Of a stretch of 64,000 bases of DNA, positions 25,501 through 36,000 are shown one piece after another. A program made the translations under genes and the position numbers. The DNA lies in NCBI RefSeq assembly GCF_000143415.4, contig NW_003314355.1:453410-517409 (forward strand). The letters are read 5' to 3'. This stretch comes from Selaginella moellendorffii (taxonomy: Eukaryota > Plantae > Lycopodiophyta). The notes under the pieces were generated by a model. The model was not told the DNA's origin. It did no database searches and saw only the letters and a list, made by a program, of their open reading frames with translations. Positions within the stretch are counted from its first letter, which is position 1. Every line of letters begins with the position of its first letter.

Positions 25501-28500
25501 TGCTTAGTGTGAAAGCTCAGCATATCTAACTTGAACGCTTTGGTGCAAGTGGCACCAAGGTCGTGGTGAGTGAGATGGGGATACCTAATCTCAGTTGCTA
25601 TGAACCCTTGGCCGTAAGGGCTGGCTTGGGTGCACCGCCAAGTGTGGGGGATGCCCCCGGGGTTATAGTCAACAACTTGGAGGTCTAGAAGACCAAGTAC
25701 CTCTTGGCAACTCTGTTAAGGTGCCAAGGTGAGATCACTAGGTGATCTTATGGCCAGATAAGGACAAGGTCCTTGGTTGGCTAAGGAATGAAGTTCTTGG
25801 TTCAAAATGTTGAAATTGAACTGTTTAAGGTGGTGTGGCTTGGTCGTGATGACCAAGTGGGAAGAGCACCTAAGGGAAATAAACTATGTCCGTGCGATGG
25901 CATAGTGAGTCCGAGGAAAGTAGTCTCTATAAAAGACCCATGGGAGGGTCACGAAGTTGGGCCATGGATAGAGCCCATAACAGAAGATGCTAAAGAGACG
26001 TACTAGGGGTGAACATCCTCCGGACTTGGCAAAGAAGAGTCTTTGCTATGGAACCGAAACAATACCTCAAGAAGGGAGGTAGAGATTCGATGTTGCTTGG
26101 TGCAACAATCAACGGATAGGAGCAAAAGATGAGTGGCCAAGATAGGGCCGTGGAATCCCTTGGAAGGAATCCAAGTGACAAAGTTAGGCGAGGAACACTA
26201 ATGTGTTAGACGCTAACAAGTTGCGGGAAAGGAAGTGTGTTTCCAAGGAGGGGTTCTGAAATGCTCCGATTTGGCGAAAGTGGAAGCTCCAAGGGAGGGA
26301 GCGGTAAGGTAGCCAAATGATAGGGCCATGAACAGCCCTAGCACAAAGTATGATAACTGGAACTTTGGCACGAAATAGAAGAGAGGATGATGGTGCCCTC
26401 GAGTAGAGAACTTCCTAGGATGGGAAGTGGAGTTGCACAAAAAGGTGCAAGGCAAGGTGTCGGAGACACCTAGGAAATTGACTCCAAGAAGTCAAAATTC
26501 AAAGTTCCAAAGTGCAAAGGTTATATCGATGGAAATCGAGACTACTCGAGAAGGAGTAGTGAGATTGACTTAGAGAAGGGTCTCTAAGAGGTTTAGCAAG
26601 AACTAAACCAATAAAAGGAAAGAACCACTATATGTGGTCCAATCAGTCTCTAAGTTAGAGAGACTACCCTCCTTAGAGGATATGCAAAAGGCATGGTGAG
26701 CCTTCAATGTCCAACCATTGACGAATATGGAGAAGGCATGGTGAGCCTTCAATGTCACACCATTGACAAATATTGGCTACGCGCCAAGGATGGAAATGGT
26801 AACACATGCGAGTGTTACTTTATAAAATGGTTCATCGTTCGATGAGGACATCGAACTTCGTCTATGGGTGGTGGAGTTGTGAGACACAAAATCCCTAGGC
26901 CCCAAAGTGGAGCCGGAAGGGCGCCACATGGTAGTGGCCGAAGCGAGAGCCAAACGAGCGTAACACGTTTGGACCAAAAGCTCCGACTTGAAAAGTCAAG
27001 AGTGGGAGTGGAACTCCCAACGAAGTGCTCGAGGAACGAGCACGAAGCGAGCAAAAGGCGAGGCTCCAAAAAGGGACCCAAAAGGACCAACACATGACAC
27101 GTGGGAGTGTCCGAGATGGACCCGAGTTGGAGTCCGAAGTGGAGTCCGAGATGGACCCGAGTTGGAGTCCGAAGTGGAGTCCGAGATGGACCCGAGTTGG
27201 AGTCCAAAGTGGAGTCCGAGATGGACCCAAGATGGAGTCCGAGATGGAGTCCGAAGTGGAGTCCGAGGTGGACCCGAGATGGACCCGAGTTGGAGTCCGA
27301 AGTGGAGTCCGAGATGGACCCGAGATGGAGTCCGAGATGGAGTCCGAGATGGAGTCCGAGATGGAGTCCGAGGTGGACCCGAGATGGACCCGAAATGGAG
27401 TCCGAGATGGAGTCCGAGATGGACCCGAGATGGAGTCCGAGATGGAGTCCGAGATGGAGTCCGAGGTGGACCTGAGATGGACCCGAAATGGAGTCCGAGA
27501 TGGAGTCCGAGATGGACCCGAGATGGAGTCCGAGATGGAGTCCGAGATGGACCCGAGATGGACCTGAGATGGAGTCCGAGATGGAGTCCGAAGTCGAGAC
27601 CGAGACCGGGACCGAGTCCGAAGTCGAGACCGAGACCGGGACCGAGACCGAGATCGAGACCGAGATCGGGACCGAGACCGAGACCGAGGCCGAGGCCGAG
27701 ACCGAGCCCGAGCCCGAGTCCGAGTCCGAATCCGAGTCCGAGTCCGAGTCCGAGTCCGAGTCCGAGTCCGAGTCCGAGTCCGAGTCCGAGTCCGAAGCCT
27801 GAGAGGGTGAAAGCCCAAAGCGTTCGTCTCCCAGACCCTGGGGGGTTTGGTGAGCTCCAAAAGTATAGTAGGGGGAGGACTGCAGTGGAGCCAGTTTGGC
27901 CAGGAAAGGCTAGTTTGGCCCAGGAAGGCCGGACCCAGTGTTGGGTGATGAGCTGCCCACTGGGAAGTCCAAGACTAGAGTGAACACAGACCGACAAGCG
28001 GGGTAGCTTGGTGAAGTGTTCAAGAGCCGGCTCTAGTTCCCCCGGGAGATCGACTGGCCGATGCTCCCAGTCCAAGTGTGGGTGGCACTACCTACTTGGA
28101 TACCTGGTGTGGCTCAACGGAACCCGCTCTAAGCCCATGGCTAGAGCACCCAAGGGCAGAAGGCAAGGAGAGTACCCAGGTGGCTCGCGTAAGGCCACGG
28201 TGTTCCGAAATGTTGTCCCAAAGGCCCAGACTGTGGAAAGGAAGAGGAGCAGTCCTCTGGGGTAGTGACCAAGGACACAGTCGTGTAGTGAGGAAGTCCC
28301 AGAGGACCGTGGGACTTAGTGGTCGGGCCTGTGGGTCTCGATCCAGTGGCAGTGTTGGCAAACACGGCTAGGGGCAGAAAGGGACTTAGTGGGGACTGAC
28401 AGAGGGATATTGGGGAAGGTTATTCCCCTTGTCGGTGGGCATCCTAAGGATGCTAAGGAGTGGATCTGAGATGACCACTCACGGATGGTTTGCCTAGTCT

Positions 28501-28797
28501 TGGAGAGCCAAGACGGTGATGCAAGTGGTATTGGACTACCAGTGTGGCAAAGGTGATTGGGCATGGCCTTAGCGTAACGGGCTGCTATGTCGGTGGTACC
28601 TTTGAGTGTCGGTCATGGGATCGGACATGTGGAGCACTTGGACCAAGTGCAAATGTTGAGTGGCATGGATGCCATTCTCGGGGCTAGCAAGTCCTAAGTC
28701 TTGGATTGGACTCATGGAGGTTGTGAATGAAACTCCTCCAAGTGGCCAGAGATGTGGTTAAGTGACTAAAGTAGAATGGAAAATTTAGTCGCTTACA
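22576..28797 (+). mobile_element. Non-autonomous LARD-like element B: 3' remnant of the 5' LTR (22576-22796), PBS, ~4-kb non-coding interior, 3' LTR 26878-28797
   Basis: PBS TGGTATCGGAGC. The sequence catcgaactt..tctatgggtggtggagt before the 3' LTR is shared with family A. No recognisable long ORF. The LTR is followed by CCCCC. Confidence 0.85.
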
Positions 28798-31712
28798 CCC
28801 CCGCACGACCAATAGAACATAAGATTGAGCTGGTCGAGGGCATTGAGGCGGTGGTTCGTCCACCCTATCGTTTGAAAGAAAAAGAACTCGCGGAGCTCAA
28901 GCGCCAACTAGAGGAGTTGGTGGACAAGGGGTATGTTAGGTTGAGCAAATTGCCGTATGGGGCACCGGTGCTATTCGTGAAAAAGAAAGATGGGTCTATG
29001 CGCATGTGCATAGACTACCGGTTGGTCAACAAGTATACAAAAAAGAACAAGTACCCTTTGCCAATGATTGAGGACCTGTTCAATAGGTTGGGAAAGGCAA
29101 AATACTTCTCGAGAATTGACCTAAGGTCAGGATACTACGAGATCAGGGTAGCGAAGGAAGATGTCGAGAAGACAACCTGTCGAACAAGGTATGGGAGCTT
29201 TGAGTTTCTGGTGATGCCCTTCGGACTATGCAATGCGCCGGCAATGTTTTCGGCGTTGATGAACCATATCTTTGTACCCTATCTGGATCACTTTGTGGTC
29301 GTTTATATTGACGACATCCTGATCTATAGCGAAATGCTAGAGGAGCATGCCAAACACTTGACGAAGGTGTTTGAGAAACTAAGGGAACACCAGCTGTATG
29401 CTAAAGAGAGCAAATGTGACTTTGCTCAACAAGAGGTAAAATTTCTTAGGCATGTGGTGGGCAAGGACGGGCTCAAGGTGGACCCTGAGAAGGTCCAAGC
29501 GATCCAGGATTGGGAACGACCATCGAATATACACGAGTTAAGGGCATTCTTGGGGCTATGCAACTACTATCGAAAGTTTATCAGACACTATTCGAGAGTA
29601 GCCCTGCCCTTAACGGACCAAACGGGAAAAGGGAAGATGGTATGGACAGCGGAATGCGAGGCGGCATTTGTCCACCTCAAAGGGAAGTTAAGGAAGGCTC
29701 CCGTGTTGGCATTACCAGACTTTGGTAAGGACTTTGAGGTAGAAACAGATGCTTCAGACTTTGCGTTGGGCGCAGTTTTGAAGCAAGACAACCATCCAGT
29801 AGCATTCTTCTCGAAGAAGTTGGACAAGACTCAATGGAAGTGGCCTGCCCATGAGAAGGAATTGTTTGCGGTGGTCAAGGCGCTCAAGGAGTGGCGACAC
29901 TACCTTGGGAGACACTTCAAAGTTTACACGGACAATGTGGCAACGAAACACTTCTTGTCACAGCCCGACCTAAGGGGAAAACAAGGTCGGTGGGCCAATG
30001 CTTTGGCCGAGTTTGATTGTGAGATTTTGTACAAGCCTGGGAAGAGCAACATCGTGGCAGATGCGCTAAGTCGAAAAGCGAGCTTGAAGTTGGCGATATC
30101 TAGCGCGACAGCAATCTTTTGGGATGATGTGCGGACTGCATACGAGAATGATGGTCTAGCACAAGAAGTGTTGCTGAGGAATCTAGAGGCGGGGGAAGCT
30201 CACCAGAGAGGTGAGCTGCCAACGGAAGAGAAAACGGGTTATGCGGAACGCAACGGACTCATATATTACAAGCAAACGAGGGTGTATGTTCCAGAAGGGG
30301 AACTAAGGAAGGTAGCCTTGGAAGAGTGTCATGACGGACCTCTCGCGGGACATGGCGGAGTGCCCAAGACGATGGACTTACTCAAAAGGAAGTATCACTG
30401 GCCAGATATGGCTAAGGACGTCCAAGACTATGTAAAGACATGTCCAACATGTCAGCAAGTTAAAGCCGTGACGAAGGCTAGTGAGGGCTTATTGCAAAGC
30501 ATCTCCATTCTAGATCGTCCGTGGAAATGTCTCATGATGGACTTCATCACGGGACTACCCCCCAAGCGAGGGGTTCAATGCGATATTCGTGGTGGTGGAC
30601 CGATTTTCAAAGATGGCACATTTCATACCCACCACAACGGAAGTGGATGCAGAAGGTGTGGCGAAGCTGTTCTTCGAACAAGTGGTTCGAGTGCGGGGAA
30701 GGCCGGAAGAGATTATCTCAGATTGAGATAAGATCTTCACCAGTAGGTTCTGGAGGATGCTCCTAGAACAGTATCGCACCAAGTTGACATTCAGCACAGC
30801 CTATCACCCACAGACAGGTAATGGGTATTAAGTCAAGATTGATGGCACTAACACTTCTTGACAGACGGACAAACGGAAAGGGTGAACAGGCAGCTGGAGG
30901 ATTATTTGCGATGCTATGTCTCGGGGGACCAGACCGACTGGGTAAGTCATTTGGGACTTGCGGAAATGTGTTATAACAACTCACCACATTCGAGCATCGG
31001 GGTGAGTCCATGGGAAGTCATCAATGGGCTAGCTATTGAAGGTCCTGTGGAACTCGGCGTGGCCGAGTATCATGGAGAGTTACCCGCAGTGGAGGCATTC
31101 ACGGCGGAAAGACTCAACATTTGGAATCTAGTGAGGGATTCCTTGGAATGGGCTCAACAAAGGCAAACTAAGTATGCGAACCAAAAGCGTCAGGATGTGG
31201 AGTTCCAAGCTGGGGAGGTGTGGCTGAACACCAAGAACCTCAGGCTACTAAGTGGGATCAGCCGGAAGTTGACCCAAAGGTAAAATGCATGTATTCCTGT
31301 AAATGAATTGATCTTGAGTTCCTTAAGCAAGTTCGCGGGGCCTTACGAGATTGAGGCTCGAATCGGTAAAGTGGCTTACCGTCTCCGACTTCCTCAAGAG
31401 ATGGGGAAGATGCATCCCGTGTTCCACGTGAACTTACTCAAGCCGTATTTTGAGGATCCGCTTGGCAAGGACCAAGTAAGACCTTTACCTGAGGTTATCC
31501 AAGGGGAGGAGGAATACGAAGTCGAGGCCATCCTCAATGCGCGCAAGAGCAAGCGACAAGGACGCGAGGTGAGAGAGTTCCATATGAAGTGGAAAGGATT
31601 TCCACACTGCTAAGCAACATGGGAACCGGAGGAGAACCTAGCGAACGCGCGAGGTCTAGTGGAGGAATTTCTGCATGGCAGAACTCTATGTACTTATGCA
31701 AAGTTCAATTAA
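28798..31712 (+). pseudogene. pol: pol (RT-RNaseH-IN-chromodomain) of inner A, with two predicted introns
   Basis: [19 protein letters not shown], HxxxxxxH/CPTC zinc finger, [11 protein letters not shown] motif, EEYEVEAILN…WKGF chromodomain. Frameshift at ~30560 and stops. Confidence 0.93.
30818..30864 (+). other. Predicted 47-nt spliceosomal intron 1 in the family A integrase (outer copy 48483-48529)
   Basis: GTAATG…CTAAC…CAG; removal restores the conserved HPQTDGQTERVN. Confidence 0.85.
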
Positions 31713-31792
31713 AAGTATCAATTTGAGAAGTTGAGCAATGGCATATGTTGGGACCCGAAGGCGCGCCGGAGGTAAGCTAATTAGCATGGGTT

Positions 31793-31935
31793 AGCTAGGT
31801 CGACCAGGCGCAGGGAGCTACGCCCGACTCCCTGCGGGGATGTCGAATCCGTAGACGTATTCTACGGAGGTTGGGTTCAAGTCCCAACCCCCTAGTAAAG
31901 CAAGGCTGGGTTCAAGTCCCGACCCCATACTAGGG
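31793..31935 (+). other. tRNA-like multi-hairpin with two T-loop/B-box motifs in the 3' non-coding region of A (also ~49460-49605, and ~25255-25375 in B)
   Basis: Stems gcagggag/ctccctgc, tccgtaga/tctacgga and ggttggg-TTCRAGT-cccaacc, followed by a second GGGTTCRAGTCCC. Confidence 0.55.
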
Positions 31936-33026
31936 CGTGGTGAGGTGAGGAGTATAGGGACACCTATATTCCGTTGTCATGAGCTTTTGGCCGGGGAGGC
32001 TAACTTAGGCACACCGCTAAGTGGGGTGATGCCCCCGGAGACATGGTCAACAAGTCGTAGGATCAAAAAGAGAGACGTTCAATGTGGGCATCGAACTTCT
32101 TCTATGGGTGGTGGAGTTGTAAGGAACCAACTCGCCGAGGTGTCGTAGGCTAAAGGAACCCCGAAAGCATGACCAAAATGACAAAGAGTTCATCGGATGG
32201 GACCAAGTCAAAGATCGAGTCCAAGACCGACTCTAGGACCGAGTTCGAGATAGAGTCCGGAATCGAGTCCGAGACCGACTCGGGGACCGAGTTCGAGTCC
32301 GAGTTCGAGACCGAGTTCGAGACGGAGTCCGAGATCCGAAATCGGGTCCGAGACCGAGTCCGAGGTCGAGTTCGAGGTCGGGTCCGAGGTCGGGCCCGAG
32401 ATCGAGTCCGAAATCGAGTCCGAGAAAGAATCCGAAGTCGGATCCGAAATCGGGTCCGAGATCGAGCCAGAGACTAAGTCCAAATACTAATACGGGTCAA
32501 GGGGTGAAAGCCCAAAGCGTGCGTCTCCCAGGGGGGGGGGGGGCTGCAGGGGGTTCCAAAAGTATAGTAGGGATAGTGAGGTCTAGAAACCAGTTAAGCT
32601 CTATTTCGTTAAAGTGGGAATTGTCATTATCCCACTTGTAAAATAAGGTTTCCAAACCTTTATATAGTATATAAATATAACAAAATTCAACTGCATTGAG
32701 GCACATGCCATTTTATTTTAAACAAGGAAATGTCTACTCAATCACTTCTCACTGCTTCACCTCTCTCTTCTCCTTGTCATCGTCGTCCAATTTCTTTCCA
32801 TCCTTTTAATATTGGCTCAGTTGCTCCGAGTCTAGGTGGAGCCCAAGTCCCCATTCAATCTTTACTTTCCCCTTATTAATAAAACAACTTCGTAGACTTC
32901 CAATAACATGCTGTAACACTTCTAGTATAATGCAAATCCTCTCAAAGAATTGTATTTTAATATTAATACAATGGCATGGAACCCCATGCCATAATAAGTT
33001 ACATTTTTAAATAAATACATGCCATC

Positions 33027-36000
33027 TCAGACTGTTATTTTTTGCCTCCAACGCCTATACAATAATCTTGGAATTTCATCACTCTCCACACTATCAGGAT
33101 TTAAACCCAATAGTAATGCCATCTCTTCTCTAATACGTCCACGCTCATGTTCAGTGGTCGAAGAACCCATCCGGTTGAGCAGATTATGGAGATGCGGATA
33201 GTGCTTGGCTAGACAATATACATGCCATAAATGATGACTGGTGTCTGTCCGATCAAATGGCTTCTGATATACCGTTCCATCTGCCATTTGGTTGATTTCT
33301 GCAGCCACCTCCTGGACTGGCCGGTTCTCTATCACCATCGCTTCAAGCCGTTTTGCAAGGTCCCCCAGAACATACGGTTTCTTCTCCCTAGTTTCCATAC
33401 TGCAAGAGATGGGGTGCACTGCATATGTGTGCGTGTTCGCTGCAGTTTTAATCGGCGAGTCATCGATGATGAGGATTTCACTTGACCTAGCAGTCTGGTT
33501 CATCACTACAGCCTCTGCCTTGACGAAGATGGTACCCCTCACATGGACCATAGTCAAGCAATCCTCCTGCGTTAGGAGAAAGTCAAATGGTAATATTACT
33601 CGCGTCTGATCGTGCATCATCTGTAGCAACGTTAATGCATTGTGGCGCATCATGGATGTCCAAACTCCCAATTGCAAATTGAACCCGGCCCTCTGTTTTA
33701 AGTGTCGCATGGTCATTATTAGATCCCGCAGTTTCTCCCGTGTGATTAATGTGAATCTGTCTCTTTTGACCAACTTGCGACCACAGGCTTTGGAGGGTGC
33801 AGTGACATTTGAGGACGAGCCACGCTCATGGGAGAAAAGGACACCATTCAGATCAAAAACGATACAGTACTTTCGCCGTGACTCTGAAATGAAATGCGTT
33901 AGCATAAAAAATGGTACAAGTCAATTTTACCATCTACAATATTAGCGAATGGTGCTCCCGATGGTCGTTCAGAGGGTTTTGGTCGAGGAAACGTGAAGGG
34001 CGGAAATACTCTCCTCTGCAATGTGGGGTCAATCGCATCCGATGGCGTGTGGGCACATGCCATTTCAGCTGTAGACTCTGGTACAACTGGCTCAACAGTG
34101 GCATGGGGTGGTTCCAATGGCGTGTGATCACACGCCATTTCAGCTGGTGCCTCCGTTGGCAAAGTGGACATGACCGAACAGGCAGCAGGGGCGGTGTAGG
34201 GAGGTTCCAACGGCGCGTAGTCAGACGATTGGGCACACGTTGGAAATGAGGATACGACCGGCTCGGCGGCTGGGGCGGCCTCATGCGGGTCCAATGGCGC
34301 CTGGTCACCGTCAGTTGGATACGTGGACAAGATTGACTCAGTGGTATGGGCAGCATCAAGTGGAGCGTGGTCAGCTTGCTTGGCGTTGATATGGATAGTA
34401 GCCTCCACCAGCTCTGATGACTCTTGCAGGCAAGTAGAGTCCACTGGCGGATCCATATGCATGTCCAAATATCTCCCTTCGATTGAGATGGTATCCTCCC
34501 GTGCTACTAAAAACAAACTCATTAGCACATTGAATCGACTATACTGTATTTACCATCAACTGCTATTGAGGAACTAGGACCGATATCACTTGGGCGCACT
34601 GCTGATTCTGAAGGATTGGACATACGTTTCGACCCTTGCTTGGCACTATCCTTCCTCGACACTAAAGGCTAGAGTTTGTATCTTAATTCAACTGAATAAT
34701 CTCTACTTACCATTTCTTCTGCGACCTACATGGACAATGTTAGAAATGGTAAAAGGTTAGGAATGGATGTACTATTATTGACCTGATGGTTTGTCTTGTA
34801 TGACCTTCCTCCGCTGCTCTTTGGCCACCTCAGGCTGGCCATCATCGTCATCATCGTCATCGTCGTTATTGTGATCGTCACCATTGTGAGGACCATCCAA
34901 GTCCTCTTCGTCCTCCTCTTCTTCGTCCTCCTCTTCGTCCTTCTGCTCTTCCTGCTCATTATCTTTCTCTGGCTCCTCATCCCCCTCTTGCATTTCTTCC
35001 ATAGGCTGCTCAGGCTGGATTGCTTGTTTTTCCAGGACCATCTTGGAAAAATCATCTGGCCGAGTCTCCATCTCAAAATACAAGACATCCATAGCCTGTT
35101 TTAGTGCGTGACCTAGGACCGTATCCTCACCTGACTGTCTTAACATGGTTTCTGCACGTTCTTGCACCCTTCGAAGACGACGAGATGAGAAAAACGTGGC
35201 CCTGACTTGAAAAGCATCCCTCATCCATTGTACCTCTCCATTGAGATTGGGGAAGGGGAGTCCGCCATAGGAATCTGAGTCAGAAGGTGGTGACTGGCTC
35301 CTTTCACTCAGCCCTTGATCTGCAATGAATGGCATGAGCACACACGCCATAACCGCGAGGCATTACCTATCATCTTTTCGTTGCCCTTCTTCCTTTTCGA
35401 ATCAAACGCCTCTGATCCCGACGACTGTCCAACGTGCTTTCGCTTTTTATGACCACTGTCAGTTTGAGCTTGGCTGGTGCTTGCCTGTTTTGCCTTTGAA
35501 GAAGTGTCTCCTGCAAGGAATGGCATGAGACCACACGCCATTGCAAATATAATTTGTACCTCCTTTTTTCCTATTGCTTGTCTGTTTGTCCTTCTTCGAC
35601 GCGCCACCAGTGCGCTTTTCAGTCCTCGTGTCTGAATATTCACAACGATCTATAATCAAAATGGCGTGAGGCCTCACGTGACCTTACCTTGTGCAGGTTG
35701 TGACCTCGGCCTAACATCAGTAGCTGTTAACACCGTTTCAGCATCTGGGGGTGGCCACGCTCCTGCATACAGAGCTTGTGAGATAACATTTAAACTTAAA
35801 GTGCGTACTCACCAGGTTCGTAGAGAAGATACTGTTTTTCTTTGGCAACTGTAATTATATGCTCCATTGAAGTCACCTCTTCAATGGAGTTTGTCACCGC
35901 AACACACGGGACACCCTTGAGTAGTGTGGCTCGAAAGAATAGTCCGCCGCAGTTGTACTCGACAACGCATTTGCCCTTGGAGTCACCCGCTATTGCGTTG

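Noticed and set aside
31860-31925. Bona fide tRNA gene
   Set aside because: T-arm present, but no canonical D-arm/A-box or anticodon arm; reported only as tRNA-like.
33899-35677. ORFs of 209, 191, 111 and 72 aa as separate genes
   Set aside because: They are internal exons linked by phase-1 GT-AG introns into one frame.
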